Shown: piece after piece, positions 15,336 to 30,818 of the stretch
Layout: every line of letters starts with the position of its first letter
Position numbering within the stretch: the first letter of the stretch is position 1
Assembly: GCA_964016885.1 (NCBI GenBank)
Contig: OZ024745.1
Coordinates: 26,722,001-26,786,000 of the forward strand
DNA length: 64,000 nt
Source: Eledone cirrhosa
Taxonomy: Eukaryota
Reading direction: 5' to 3'
Program-made: the position numbers and the translations under genes
Notes under the pieces: model-generated
Seen by the model: the letters and a program-made list of their open reading frames with translations, nothing else
Databases searched by the model: none
Told to the model about the DNA's origin: nothing

Positions 15336-15618
15336 ACACGTCGGTTATAATTCCACTCCCAATCGCCTCATATACACACATTTTATATTTCTAATATCAC
15401 TACTTCTTTACTATATGCTATTGATTCTGCTCTTGAGAGCACCCGGCTACTTTCCCCTGTCAACTGGTTCTTAACATTGTGCTAATCCTCTCGCTGGTGA
15501 CTTTACACGCCGAGAACGACGTGTTAAGCTTACACTAAACGAGTCCCTGCCTTCGTGTTCTATCTAGGTCAACCATGCGGCTGATGAATTTGTGGTCTGA
15601 TATCCTTGGGGGGGGGGG

Positions 15619-15980
15619 GGCAGTATCGGTAGAAGGTCGGACACCATGCTTTGACGAATAGTGATACGGCCCTTGCTATTCTGAGTTCAAATCCAGCTGA
15701 GGTTAACTTTGTCTTTCATCCTTACGGGGTCGATAAAATAAAGTACCAGTAATGCACTGCGTAATTGCTGGCCTTGTGCCAAAAGTAGAAACAATTATTA
15801 GTATCGGTAGAGAGTCGGACGCCATGCTTTGACGCATAGAGTTACGGCCCTTTCCATTCTGAATTCAAATCTCGCTGAGGTTCACTTTGCCTTTCATCCT
15901 TATGGGGTTGATAAAATAAAGTATCAGTAATACAATGGGTAATTTCTGGCCTTGTGCCAAAAGTAGAAACAATTATTATT
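15619..15980 (+). mobile_element. Head-to-tail dimer of the tRNA-derived SINE
   Basis: Two copies at 15619-15798 and 15801-15980. Confidence 0.9.
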
Positions 15981-16765
15981 ATTCGCCCACTAATTCCTGA
16001 GAGGGTCGTGGGGAATTATTATTATTATTACTATTATTCAATGACCTGGGGTTGGTAAATGTATGTGCATGAGAAGTTTCCTTCAATTCCCTGCACACTG
16101 TGTGCTCTAAAATCGTCCCAGTCGTGACCATCTTGTCTTTTATTCAAACAATATATATCTAAGGACTGCCTTATCCCTTATACGTTATTTCTTCTACAGA
16201 GACCATGGAGTGATTTAAGATCAAATTACTCTTATCGTTGTCACCAATAAGTTTGTTGTTATAATGGACAAAGAACGTATGATTTTGCGGCTGTACATAC
16301 GTATATGATCTTCATTGATGTTCTTATTACTGTGCTATTGTTAACCATTTTACTTTATAAAGGGCTCCGACAAGCCTCTTACATCAACCTGTAAGAAAGA
16401 AGTAAAATAACCTTCATTGCTTTTCTTAAATCCACTTTCATGTTTGTACATTCACAATAAAATAATGATTTGTATAGCAGTAACTCCGGAAATGGACTTT
16501 GTTCTATCCACCCTTTGAAATATAAACAAACAGATATATACATAGGCAGACATTACCGTTTAAATGCAAAAGAAAATTTGAAGATTGACAATTTTTGTTT
16601 TAGATTTACCATTGAAATGCCAGTATGTCACATATTCGATGTATACTGTATATGTATATCTGTGTGAGTGAGAGAGAGAAAGAAGGGAAGAGAGAGTGTG
16701 TGTTTATTTCTGTGTATCTTTCTCTGTCACATTCACTCATTTCTCACCTTCTCCCTCGCTCTCCA

Positions 16766-16832
<67 letters not shown>

Positions 16833-16949
16833 TTATATACACCTTCAGAAGTCTGGTTCTTATTCAGAGCCAAGATTCTGAACGTTCCGAATGCTCCCCA
16901 GATTATATCCTCAATGCTGGAAAACTTTAAACAATGCGATTCTAAGTCA

Positions 16950-17260
16950 AACTGATCCGGCTGGATCCTCAAGCGAAACGAACCAATCCCATGGATGATA
17001 TCCAAACATCTTATTCGGGGATCTACACCTGGATCTCCTGCCAATTGGTTTTGTCCGTAAAATCTGTCCAGCGATTCTTTCCCGAAACATTCTAACCACA
17101 TGCCCATAGTATCAGAGCTGTGATCTCTCAATTCGGAGAAATAATGGCTCTACCGGGAGAGCTTTCTGATCTCCGAGTTACGCACTCGGTGGAACCCCAT
17201 TTCGACTGCTTGTATTCGCGAACGTATTCTTTCGGCCATTATCCAAGATTCATAGCCATA
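16950..17260 (-). mobile_element. RTE-clade LINE 3' fragment, decayed
   Basis: Homologous to 59499-59845 (gagctgtgatctctcaattcggaga; ccaattggtttt..cgtaaaa). Confidence 0.75.
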
Positions 17261-17884
17261 TTTTTCGATTTGATATCAAATATGAAAAATACTGTCTTTG
17301 TTATTTCTTTTATATTTTTGTTTGTTTTATTATTTTATACATTTTCTTTAGATCTCTATATCGTGCATTTCAGAGGAATAATACACGAAACCCCCTTTTC
17401 TATTTACCCTTCACACAACTGACAACACACCCTTATTACTAACATCATCGTTAACCTTAAGACACCCCACATTACAAACACTATTACCATCACAATGACC
17501 ACGTTTTACATGAAACATTAATCTCACTCACTAACAAATACAACACAGACATGATCTGCTCAGAAAATCACCCTAAACCTAATACAAATCTCATGACTTC
17601 CTATATGCTGAATCAAACTTTCATGCCGTTGCCATGATTTGTTTGTTCCTACTCTCCATAATATATAATATGAAGGCAGTATTTTTCTTTTATTAAATCT
17701 TTCTATGCTTATTCCTTCATGAATACATATTCTCTATTTTCATACCTGGTTGTTAAAGAATATTATTTTCTTCTTTATTATTTCATTTTAGATTCTTTTT
17801 ATAAACATTTTAATAGAGGTAACAATAGAAGAAACAAAACAAACTTTTTCCGGTCTCTCTCACTCACATAAACACATGACGCTT

Positions 17885-18011
<127 letters not shown>

Positions 18012-18177
18012 CACTCATACATATATATATATATATATGATGATTTCCTCCGAATGAAACAATTCTAGTCCTGTAGAAGCCATTTCTATATTAAATATTT
18101 TTACTCTGCTATGTATTGAGTACCATACTTACTGTAGTTACACTCGATTGAACCCGGGATAAACATATATAAATATG

Positions 18178-18253
<76 letters not shown>

Positions 18254-18280
18254 AGAGAGTGTTGGAGTTTGCTTGAAACA

Positions 18281-18317
<37 letters not shown>

Positions 18318-18415
18318 AATGTATGTTGGCTTAAAGAAGCTGCTTCAACTTAGATTTACTACGATAAATAGTCGAATAAGTTGGTCATATAATACATAGA
18401 GTGAGACGAAAAATG

Positions 18416-18487
18416 TAGCGTTTGCTGTGGGATTCGAACTCACACATACGGTGTACAGGCTGGCTGCGCTACTATTAGCCCAAAGCG
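18416..18487 (-). other. tRNA-like sequence (pseudo-tRNA or SINE head)
   Basis: The minus strand reads gcgctttgggctaatagtagcgcagccagcc...gtgagttcgaatcccacagcaaacgc, with a B box and an imperfect acceptor stem. Confidence 0.45.
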
Positions 18488-18677
18488 CGTATGGCCAGTT
18501 TCCCGTCATTTTAAGCCTTATCTATCAGAAAGTGGATATAACCATTCAATCGTACTTTTACGAAGCATTGGAACAGATATGAAGTTTCAATGTACGTCAG
18601 TTTAAAATTGTCAAATACCTGCGTTGAAACAGTTTACTTTAAGCTAACAAACTTTTCTGTCTTGTTTTTATAATCTA

Positions 18678-19473
18678 CTAGCAGAAGAGGGTCATAGTGC
18701 AATTAGCCCAAACACTGGGCGGCACTGGTTGCACTGCATTTACACAGCAACAAAGGTGCGACAAAAGGGGTCACTGCAGAATTAGCACAACCGCTGTTCA
18801 GCGTACTTGTGCAGGACGTTCATACTGCAGTGTAGGTGCAACAAAAGGGGTCTTAGTAGAAGTAGCACAGACGTGTGTTTTACGGTGTTAATAACACGGC
18901 AACGTACAGAGGGCCCGGATTTGTGCGTGATGAAAGTACGAAGCGTCAACAGGGTGCCGACAAATATTTTAAGGTCCTCCTCATTTCCTCAACCCCACGA
19001 AAATGGTCCTGCTTAAAAGTAAGTAAGTGTTGTGTCCTCTGTTAAATAAACCAAATTTTTTAACGAAATATTATACGTTACTTACGATGTTTAAGTAGTT
19101 ACATGCCTTTTTCATTTTCAATATAAATTGAAAATGAAAAAGGCATGTAATGCCCAATGCTAATTCGTAGATTTCCTAGAAACCATTAATGGAATCGGAA
19201 ATCTTTTTGTCCACAGCAATGCTAGGGGACTACCTAATGTGTGCTGCAAATTTCGAGGAAATCGATTGGATTATCTTTAAGTAACGCCTCAAAAAAGACT
19301 AAAAATGCCTAAAAAATGCGGTTTTTTGCCTAATGCGGACCCTAGGGCAGAACAAGTTAACATTTTTTTAGTCCATCACACTTCAAGAAATATAAATAAC
19401 GTATGTGTAAAGTTTGAAAAAAGTCGGTTGGGTACTTCTTGAGTTTTAGGGATTTACACAGACAGACATCCTC

Positions 19474-19485
<12 letters not shown>
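18678..19485 (-). mobile_element. Helitron/DINE-1-like non-autonomous element
   Basis: The minus strand starts tatataaaacagaggatgtctgtctgtgtaaatccctaaaactcaagaagtacccaaccga, the same head as at 24345, and ends ttctgCTAG|T. Internal short tandem repeats lie at ~18687-18870. Confidence 0.6.
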
Positions 19486-19521
<36 letters not shown>

Positions 19522-19552
19522 CACATGAATCAAAGTTCTGTTCAAACCATTT

Positions 19553-19604
19553 ATTAGCTTACAATTGTTTCGTCCAAACCGAGGTTTGGAGTCTTCGGAG
19601 CAAT
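19553..19604 (-). ncRNA. Type I hammerhead ribozyme motif (U4->C variant)
   Basis: Minus strand: attgct-CCGAAGA-c tccaaac ctcg gtttgga c-GAAA-caattg-TA-agctaat. The triplet is GUA and stem III is palindromic. Confidence 0.7.
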
Positions 19605-20106
19605 TTTTCAATGATTGTTTACGTACATGACCTCCTTTACAACACAAGAGACATACAGAAACATATGTATATATCGATGCACAGTGGAGTGACATCCATT
19701 ATAATATTTTAGTATGGCAATTTACAATCAAAAATTAAAATCATATTAAAAGAAAATTAAAGTTAAAATACAACATCGGCAGTTTACTAAGATAATGCAA
19801 GAGGATAGTTTGAAGTAGTTAATGTATGCAATAGTTACACGTGGGGCATGCACGTGTGTCTTATTTATATAAGATTATTGTGCGGCAAGGTGTTATATGC
19901 AATACAAGCACTTTAAGCGGGTAATCAAGAGTATTATGGGGGTTGTATTGGTAAAGTATTTTTTATGTATGATAAAGAAGCTTGTGTGCAGAGAAATATT
20001 AAAAATGAGAAGCAAAATAATGTTATGGTTTTTGTATACACCACCATTTTCACAATCCAGGAAACGTAATATATAGATTATATGTCCTTCACAATATCCT
20101 TAATGC

Positions 20107-20200
<94 letters not shown>

Positions 20201-20308
20201 TCCAACTCTTGAAAGCAGGGAAAGTGGACATTTAAAACAACAACAACAACCTGCTGCAAAATTGTATATACACTTTAGTCTATGTCCATGCCAGTATGGA
20301 TTGAATGT

Positions 20309-20357
20309 GTGTCACTGATGAAAGATTAACAAATCTTGAAACAACACTGTCTAGCAT
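20309..20357 (+). ncRNA. Type I hammerhead ribozyme motif with weak stem I
   Basis: gtgtca-CTGATGA-aagat taacaa atctt-GAAA-ca acac tg-TC-tagcat. The triplet is GUC. Stem I has a mismatch and G-U pairs. Confidence 0.6.
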
Positions 20358-21193
20358 CCTTTAGTGGACTGGCAACTCTGTTATATATTATTAGAGGAAA
20401 ATAGAGACAAATAAATTGCTTTGTTACAAAAGAAAACTTTTTTTTATAGCAAGTCTACTAAAATGAACATGTTTTCATCTGCACCCCTATAATGCTTAAA
20501 AACGTAAGATAGAAATCTGATTTGATTTTATTGCTCTCTCTCCCTCTCTTTTTCTTGCTCTATCTCTCCTCTCTCTCTCTTACTTGCTGTCTCTCTCTCC
20601 CACTTCTACTCAATGAATTCCTATACAAGGTTCTCTTATTCGATTGTTTACTTTCAACTACTCCCAGTATGTGAGTGGCCAGAAGTAAATAAAAGTTTGA
20701 GAAACTTGTTGAAACTATAAAAGGAATGAAATGGTAAAAATGCATTACATAATGGAGTTGTGAGACAAAAATTATATTTTAAACGACACTTAAAACATTT
20801 TAAACATCAAAATATTAAAACTTCATAAATATATTTAATACTCATGTGTATTTCAAAACCACACCATCTAAACATAATGTGTTGATTAGCTACCTCAGCT
20901 TATAAACGGGTTTTCGATTTTTGCCCATTTCTCAGGCATAAAATAGGAGTTTAGATTATATTTAGATCAGTTGATATTTGAGTATATATGGTAATGTCTC
21001 TGTTATGCCTAATTTAGGGAAAAGAGAAAAAAATAGAGGGGATAACAAAATATTATCAAATTCTGGATATCACTATATATGATTACCACATTGCTCTAGA
21101 TTCAGCAACCCTAGAACAAAGAAAAAGATGTACCATTATATTAATGACTTTCTGTTTCTATATCAAATGACATAAACTCATTAAGCTCGAAAT

Positions 21194-21257
<64 letters not shown>

Positions 21258-21302
21258 GTGACGAAACATAAGTCAATTGCATGAACTCATAATCCTTTAT
21301 TT

Positions 21303-21358
21303 ACTGCTATATATATTTCGATGATAGCCATTGAATAGCTATGACCTCATCAGGCAGT
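21303..21358 (-). ncRNA. Type I hammerhead ribozyme motif within a dispersed repeat (21257-21422)
   Basis: Minus strand: actgc-CTGATGA-ggtcatagctattcaatggctatcatc-GAAA-tatata-TA-gcagt. Confidence 0.75.
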
Positions 21359-21453
21359 TAGTCAGTCCTTAGATATGTCAGCTCTGTGTTTATGGTGTTG
21401 ATAGTATCAGAGCCTTAGGACATACAACTTTTTTAACCATCTTTTAATTTCTT

Positions 21454-21537
<84 letters not shown>

Positions 21538-22828
21538 AAGAAGAAATTAAAAGATGGTTAAAAAAGTTCCATATATTTTATTATGCGCATTTCGAAAACA
21601 ACATCATCCTGGGTCAAAAATTGTGTTCTCATCAGATAAAATAAGGTAACATGATATGAGGCCTAAAAACACTTGTCAACAGAAATATGACAGAAATATG
21701 ACAGAAATATAAGAGTAAGAAAAAGATAGGAAAATAGAAGAAAAGGAAAGAAGAAGTAGAAAAAGAAAAAAGAAAGTGAAGAGAGGAAAAAAGGAAAAAA
21801 AAAAGAAAAAAGAAAGAAAGAAGGGAGAGAAAGAGAAAGAGAGAGAGAGACTTTTGATCAGGAACGCTGTCAAAATGAAACAAGCTGTAAATAACGGTTA
21901 AAAAGTAAATTGATGAGGTGTATGTGCGATAAAATAAAGGGGTCGATAAAATAAAGTACCAGTAATGCACTGGATAATTGATGGCCTTGTGCCAAAAACG
22001 TAGAAACAATTATAGATGGTATTCAAATATTAGAGGTCTAAAATATAGAAACTGGGTATATTATTTTATATTGGGTTTAAATACTAAAAATTGGATTAAG
22101 AAGTGTAAAAATGTATTACTAAAATAAAATAAAATAAAAATTAAATTAAATTAAAATAAGTATAAAAAAGATTTTTATAAAATAAAATTAAATTAAAAAA
22201 TAAAAATAGTCTATCTATGTCAAAATTAAAAATTTCTATTAAAAATCTATATGGGTTATACTATTTCATTTTTATTTTATATCAACAAGTAAATAAAAGA
22301 AATTGCTTGAATGATTTATAAACGTAGAAAAACATATGACGTCATAATTTGTTTACAGAATCTACGAAGGTTTGAACGAAAATCTAAGGCTACCGAAAAA
22401 AGGTCAAAGGCTTAATATATGCTGAGAAACTGAATTAATACCTTGTAGAATATATTGAAATATGTGTAAAAACGTAACCGTTATTCATGGAATATGTTAT
22501 AGGACATTAGCTATATACTTTGTGAAAGTATATATATATATATATAGTATTAAGGATACTATATATGGTTATGTATATACTAAAACTTTTTATAGTTATA
22601 TATATTTTAAACCCTAAACAGTGAAAGACAGTAATTTATTACTACCTTATTACCAGTAAGATAAATAGCTCAATGTAATAACATCAGTTGTTCTACAGAG
22701 CAGTTATATAGTTATAACAATTGTAAGCTAATAAATGGTTTGAACAGAACTTTGATTCATGTGATTTCTATATATATATATATATATAAATGAGAGGTAT
22801 AGAGATTGTTTTAGCAAGAAGCTAACGG

Positions 22829-22865
<37 letters not shown>

Positions 22866-23099
22866 TAACAGATTAAAGTTTAAGCAAAGAATCGCTGCTT
22901 AACGGTGAAAGCAGTGATTCTTTGCTTAAACTTTAATTTGTTATTTTAATAAATATTATAGCATTTACTTATTCTGACAAGAATCGAAATATCTAATCGT
23001 CGGCAAGTGGTGGAAATTTGTTCTTATCTGCGCGTTCCATAAAAGGGAAATAACTCGTCTCTCATCTCTATTTATACATTTGAACTGAAAAATCAATAC

Positions 23100-23260
23100 A
23101 TTACAAATTCGATTTTTGCACTTGGTGTGGGTCGATTTGAAAATTTGTTTGACCTATGTCTCCGCCGGACCTTCATCTATAAGTGTAGCAATTTCACCGA
23201 AATTTGAGCGAACCGTTTAAGAGATATGTGCCGACTGTTTTAGTAGACAGACAGACAGGC

Positions 23261-23302
<42 letters not shown>

Positions 23303-23361
23303 CCTCAGTTTTATATATACAGACTAGCAGAAAACCACCCGGTGGGCGGTTTTCTGCTAGC
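23100..23361. mobile_element. Helitron/DINE-like terminal remnant with (GACA)n and a fold-back of CTAG ends
   Basis: gacagacagac..ctcagttttatatat is followed by ctagcagaaaacc-acccggtgggc-ggttttctgctag. Confidence 0.45.
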
Positions 23362-23869
23362 AAATCTAGTGTATATACTGATATTGTTGAGATTTGGATG
23401 AGAAATTATTTCGGCACCACATGTTCACCGTCTCTCGGTGTGTCTTTTATGCATGTATAAATATATATGTTATCTATACGGTAAAATCTTTGAAATAAAT
23501 ATATGTTAAAACGAAAAAGGAGAAAATAAATAACTGGCGGTTAGAAAAAAATATTCCTATGAAATGTTAATCATACCATTAGGTGTGAATAAGGAAATAT
23601 TTTTTTATTGTCAAAACAAATGTTCAAAAGTTAAACTTCAATTTTTTTTATTATTTCCAATTTTTTCATGAAATTGAACACTGGACATTGGCTGCTGGAA
23701 ATGGAAATTAAATCGTATTTAATTGTATTTAAATTTCTAACCTTATTTTATTATTTATATTTTTTCAATAAGAAATAAAAAAAAAAACAACAAAAAAAAT
23801 TGAAGAAAAAAATTGAACAAATCAAACGTAGGTTATGGAACTGCGCAATCTGATTAATAAATTACCTCA

Positions 23870-24052
23870 TCAGCAGCAACCTTCTTAAAATGGTCCTTAT
23901 TATCAGCAGCAACAACCACAAATTCAATGGCAACCTTCTTCAAACCACAAATTCAATGGCAACCTTCTTCAAATGGTCCTTATTATCAGCAGCAACAACC
24001 ACAAATTCAATGGCAACCTTCTTCAAACCACAAATTCAATGGCAACCCTCTT
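23870..24052. repeat. Short minisatellite of ~29 bp units in a higher-order pattern
   Basis: caaccttcttcaaaccacaaattcaatgg repeats, interleaved with ggtccttattatcagcagcaac. Confidence 0.8.
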
Positions 24053-24344
24053 CGCATGGTGTCAAGTCAGAACCGCCTCGAACTGGTTACTTCTGGCTTG
24101 TGCAAGGTGTCTCTATAGCAACCAGCGATTCCCTCGGCCTCAGTGACCAAAGTCAGTGGAGAGGGGGAAGGTAATGTTTCTGTAGCACGTGTTTTAGCGT
24201 CTATTCACTCTCTCTCTCTCCCTCTCTCCCTCCCGCTATCCCCCTCTCGTAGTCTGTCTCTTTCTTTCACTCTCACCCTCTCTCTACGCACGTGTTTCCA
24301 CTGTCGGACAGACAGACAGAGAAATTGCTGGTTATATATATAAG

Positions 24345-25181
<837 letters not shown>

Positions 25182-25945
25182 TAGAAATATACAGCGTCTT
25201 CAGATATTCTTAAATGGTGAACAAGTGTGGTCGCCGTTTGTGAGACAGACCTTTCCGCTGATCGTCTCTTTGGGTTATTTTGCTTTGGGGGCTCTTTTTT
25301 GTGTCTTTTTAAGGATATTTGTAACTATATTATCTAATGTCTCTTTTACTTATTTAAGATATTAGGGCGGAACATATGTGGGAATTACTTGATATATTTC
25401 TTTGGTTGAGCGACCATATAGGTCAGTGATTCTCACCCGGGAGCCCTATTGCCCCCTAAGGGCAACGTGAAAAAAAAGAGGGATGTTAAAGATCACAGAT
25501 GTTTCTGAGAAGGCCACACACAAATTTAATTGTCAGATGAACGATTACTTTGTCATAATCTTCATATTTCAGTCTTTGTACTAATTTCAATAATATAAAC
25601 ATTGAACATCACAATATATTTTACTACTATGTACCTCAACTTTACTAAAATACTGGACGATCAAAGAGACAATATCATTTAACAATTTTTATGCGGATAT
25701 TTGGCAAGACCCAAACAGGACAAGAATGTAACACTAGACGTCGTAAAGTTAGTCGATAACTTCCGTTCATCCTGGTGCATTTCATTTCTAAACTTAAGTT
25801 ACGATTTTAATGTTTTATTCTTATTTCACAACTGAAAGATGAATAAGCAACTGTTACGCTTAGCGTAGTAGCTAGAATTTAGATACAAGTGTATACTCTC
25901 ATATTCGCGCGCTCCCTTCTTCTCTTTCACTATCTCTATATATCT

Positions 25946-25994
<49 letters not shown>

Positions 25995-26253
25995 TATATA
26001 TATATATATACACGAGGAGAGAGAGAAAGAGAGAGAGAATTTTAGCACTGTGTTATTCAGTTTATGTAGTTTTCATATATCTATATATCAACGTTCTTAA
26101 ATTTGAACCTTTCAATTTTAACGAACTCTCTTCTAAATTTCTGTACTTGATATTTACTAATATTTATTTCGATTTTATGTGTGTGTGTGTGTCTGTGTAT
26201 CTTTATTTGTGGTTGTGTATGTGTGTGTCATTCTATAGTAATATATATATATA

Positions 26254-27150
26254 CGAGGTGGGTCAGAAAAGTTCCAGGACTGATGTCACAAAAAAGTTAT
26301 TTCAAACCCAAACTTCACACTAAGAGTTTTCTCCTTCAAGGTAATCCCCCTGGAGTCTAATGCACTTTTCCATCCTTTTCTGCCACGCTTGCATGCACTT
26401 CTGGAAGGATTCTTCCGGGATCCTCCGCAGTTCCGTCGTCACGGCCTTTTTGATGTCGTCCACGTCTTCAAAACGCCCCCCCCCCCCGGTCGTACTCTAA
26501 ACTCCATGACTCATCACCGGTGATGAGTGTCCCTAGCAAGTCTGGTTCGGTTTCAAGACGCTCGAGGATGTCCTGGCACACTTGCATGTGTCGACCCTTC
26601 TGGTCATCGTTCAGCAGTTTTGGCACCATCTTCGCGCAGACTTTCCGCATGTCCAAATCTTCAGTGAGAATCTTCTAGACGCTGTCCCGATTCATGCCCA
26701 GCTCATTTACCATCAGTCGAACAGTCAGCCGACGATCGCTACGCACCATCTCCCTGACGGGCTCAACGTTGACCTCAGTCCTAGTTGTTGAGGGCCTTCC
26801 GCTTCTGGGGTCATCTTCCACGTCCTCACGTCCTTCTTTAAACTTCTTGCACTACTCAAAAACACGTGAGCGTGACATCGCTTCATCTCCATACACTTGC
26901 TGCAGCAATCCCAGTGCTTCTGACGGAGTTTTCAAGTTTGTTCGTTGCTCTGTGCTCATTGCTTAACGACCTAAAACAGAGGACATCTATATAAAATTAT
27001 GAAGAAAAAAGTTTGATCGTTGCAGAGAGCTAAGATTACAGTTACATACTCTAGGGCGATTACTTTGAAGGAGAAAACTCTTAGTGTGAAGTTTGGGTTT
27101 GAAATAAATCTTTTGTGACATCAGTTCTGGAACTTTTCTGACACACCTCG
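26254..27150 (-). mobile_element. Internally deleted mariner element with ~100 bp TIRs and a TA target duplication
   Basis: The termini are TA|cgaggtgggtcagaaaagttcc and ggaacttttctgacacacctcg|TA. A transposase remnant lies on the minus strand. Confidence 0.92.
26320..26959 (-). pseudogene. Mariner transposase pseudogene
   Basis: MSTEQR..QQVYGDEAMSRSRVF..KKFKEGREDVEDDPRSGRPST..MRKVCAKMVPKLL..ITGDESW, then a deletion of the catalytic core, then FEDVDDIK..WQKRMEKCIRLQGDY. In-frame stops are present. Confidence 0.9.
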
Positions 27151-29263
27151 TATGTATAGTTATAAGCACACAATGTGAGATAATTTTTAAAGCTACACAA
27201 GTAGTTAATAACGCACCTAGAGAAGAAACTGTTAACTGGGCTTGCACTAACTACCCCCATTAACATTGAGTCTAAACCGTTTCCATGTGTTCTTTATGTT
27301 CTGTATGTTCTCTGAATAATCAAAATCGAATGGTGCTCAAGAGCAATTCAGTTGTTAGAATGAGTAAGAATACGCCAATGACTTCCTCGTAGTTAACCTA
27401 TAATTCTTTATATAGACTAGCAGAAAATCACTGATATTATACGCAAGTATATATACATGTAGATATGATACATCAAATAATATCGTAATTGACAATATAC
27501 ACAGAAATTGAACGAAGTCTGTGTTACACTGTCTTATATAATCAGTAACGTAATCCATGATACATTAAAAAAGACGATATTATATATAAACTGCATTAGG
27601 AGAAAATTAGTGACGGAAATATATGAATATTTATTGAAGCGATCGTTAATCGGAAGTGTTGACATTTGAAAATTTTAAAGAAGTGAATCTTAAAATAAGC
27701 AACAATATCATTTATATTCAATCAAGAATAACGAAATTTAGTAGATAAATTATGTAATATTCATTCATTATTTACAAACGGGATAAAAAAATATATATTC
27801 TGGACGCAGTCCCGCACTCCTTACTTTATTATAGTTTAGATATATTCATTGTTGTTTACAGTCTAAGGCCAGTATATTCCACTTTGCCAAAGTCGTTTAA
27901 TTGGAAAACAGTAATGCTTGAAATTTCCTGGAAAATCTATCTCCGTTTTGAAGACTTCTTGCTGGGAAATGTCCTACATTGGTTTGTATGTGCAAAATTA
28001 TATTGGATCGCAAGGAATTGTTTTACTCGCTTCCAGCAATGCAGGCTAAATTTATATCAACACGGCTTGATATCAGAACTTCAAACATTCAAAATCAGAG
28101 CTGTAAGAAAGGAAAGATCGTCCAGTCTAATTTTAGAATCAGACGGTTTTAGGATAATAAAAAGCATATGAGACTAATGCATGCAAAACTAGAAAAAAGT
28201 TTTAATGAAAACGTAAAACTCTTTTCTTAGACAAGCAGCACACTAATAGTCACATTAGCCATATTCAAAACAACATAGTTTCCGCACACATCAACGCAGA
28301 CTGAACGGAAGATTTCGTCGATAAGAAATTAATTTGGTGTTATTGGGTAACACGAAACTATTTCTACCGACGTGGTATGTTTCATTCAGATTAAACGAAC
28401 ACCAGCACTACGTGGAGAGAAGTTGTTTCTATTTCGCTGCCTCCGATGTATGTACGAACGAAGAGTGGTATACGAAGATCAAATATGTTCCTCCAGAAAT
28501 ACGAATCAAATGTGAGTCATCGATATTACATAAACAAACAGTGCAAATCACTATTTTTATTTGAAAATTACTCTCTGTTTACAAAGTATATCAGATACAG
28601 TGTAGGATATCACAATTTCTTCAATTAAAAACAGCAAAGCAGAGTAATTTAACGACTTACTAAATGCTTGCAGTAATTCTATAAAGTTTATGAGGTCTCA
28701 TGATTTCATGAGTGTGAGTATGATGTATTTATATGTGTGTGAGTTTGTGTCTGTATTTATATGTCTGCTTATGCCTGTAAGTGTGTCTGTGTTTGTGTAT
28801 GTATGTTTAGTTGTGTGTTCGTATAAGAGTCGAATAGAAATGAGAAGAGGTAAATAAACAGAAGGAAAGAGTCAAACAGAAACAAATATAAGCAGAGAGT
28901 TAGAGAGAAAGAGAAAGATAGATAGAGAAAGAGAGGGAAAGATCAAGGAGCAAGATAGACGGAAAATGAGTGGGGAGTTTCGAAATGTTCCGCCAACATT
29001 CATTAGTTATATCATGCTGGTGTTTATGAACGTTACCTAAACTTATCTTCTCGCCCATAACTCAAGATTGGTGGGCGGCTATTACTGTTAAAGAGTTTTT
29101 CTGTCAGTTATGTCTTCCCCCATCGACCCGCCACGGTTGTGTGTAAACCTAGTTTACATTGTCCGGATTACAAATGATATGGGTGAAAGCAGAGAAAGAC
29201 GAATGGAAGAACGAGTACAAATAGATACCTTGAGACATATACACACACATTATACTCTACATT

Positions 29264-29352
<89 letters not shown>

Positions 29353-29864
29353 TCATACACAAGCACACACATTGAAACAATCATCGCAATATATTGTTTT
29401 CTCATGCTATCTTACCTTGTTGAGTTTTCTCTCTCTCTCTCACCCCCACACCCCACCCACCCCCACACACACATATGTATATATATATATATATATTGAC
29501 GAAAGTCTATATTTCCCTCCTTCCACTTTTCCTATTTACACAATTTGTCTTCACCGTATCCTGTCATGTTTCCAGTCGTAAGACTTTTTATTATTTGTTT
29601 ACGTGCATTCCGTGCTCTCCTGAACGGATGTTATTGTGATGTTTCACATGCATCTTTCCTGCAGCTTTTTTCTAGATCGTCGAGCAAACTGGGCTCTATT
29701 ATGCAATATACTCCATATTCATGAAAATGAGTTACCCGAGGGGTGTCTGATGGGGAAGGTGGTTACCTTCGTTCATTTTTCCCTACGTATTTTTTTTCTC
29801 TTTATACATGCAACATTGCTACAATTTGAAATGTTGGAATTCAAACACAGAAATCGCTATAAAT

Positions 29865-30052
29865 AACTGTTTCTACTTTTGGCACAAGGCCAGCAGTTAA
29901 TCAGTGCATTACTGGTACTTTATTTTATCGACCCCGTAAGGATGAAAGGCAAAATTAACCTTGGCGGGATTTGAACTCAGATGATAAAGGGCCGTAACTC
30001 TATGCTGCAAAGCATGGCGTCCGACACTCTACCGATACGGCCAATCAACCGC
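29865..30052 (-). mobile_element. tRNA-derived SINE copy
   Basis: Matches the family. A 5'-truncated copy is also at 21938-22012 (+). Confidence 0.9.
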
Positions 30053-30139
30053 TATACATAATGAGAGGTTTAGAATGAAAAAAAGATTATATATATATAC
30101 ATGTATGTTTGTGTGTGTATGTGTGTGTGTGTGTGTATG

Positions 30140-30170
<31 letters not shown>

Positions 30171-30742
30171 TGTAGACAAATGGAAAATTAATCTTCTTTC
30201 ATCAATGAACCGCATTTACCTTACAATCGTTTTGAATAAGATATGACCTCGAATTACTCAAATTTATCGATCACATACAGGACAAAAGATAACGTCGGAG
30301 TAACATTTACTATTATGTATTTTTGTTGTGTCTCCCATCATCGATACACTAACAAAACTACTGTCGATATGAAATAGCAGTAGAATATATATATCTCAGT
30401 CCATACGTACACATACAATTATTACTTAAAAGAAAACTAAACGGACCACCTAAGGCTTCAGTCTGTCATTGAACTAAATATCGTACAGCCCGAGTTATTA
30501 GATAAGTCAAAGAACATTCCAAGAACATATGCACCCTTCACATAAAACATAAGTACAGTCAATCTGACATAGAGTGGCAAGGCTGGTTTATTTGGAGAAT
30601 TAATAAAATCCGTCTGACCCGATCTCACTTTCCACCTTCTTAATTTCACTTACAAGTCTTTCATAGATATGAAGTTACAGTGCCACGCCAAGCCAAGTTC
30701 TTAGCTATTCGGGCTCGCTCTCACGCCCACACAAACAAGTAA

Positions 30743-30777
<35 letters not shown>

Positions 30778-30818
30778 CGAAACATAAGCCAATTGCATGA
30801 ACTCATAATCCTTTATTT

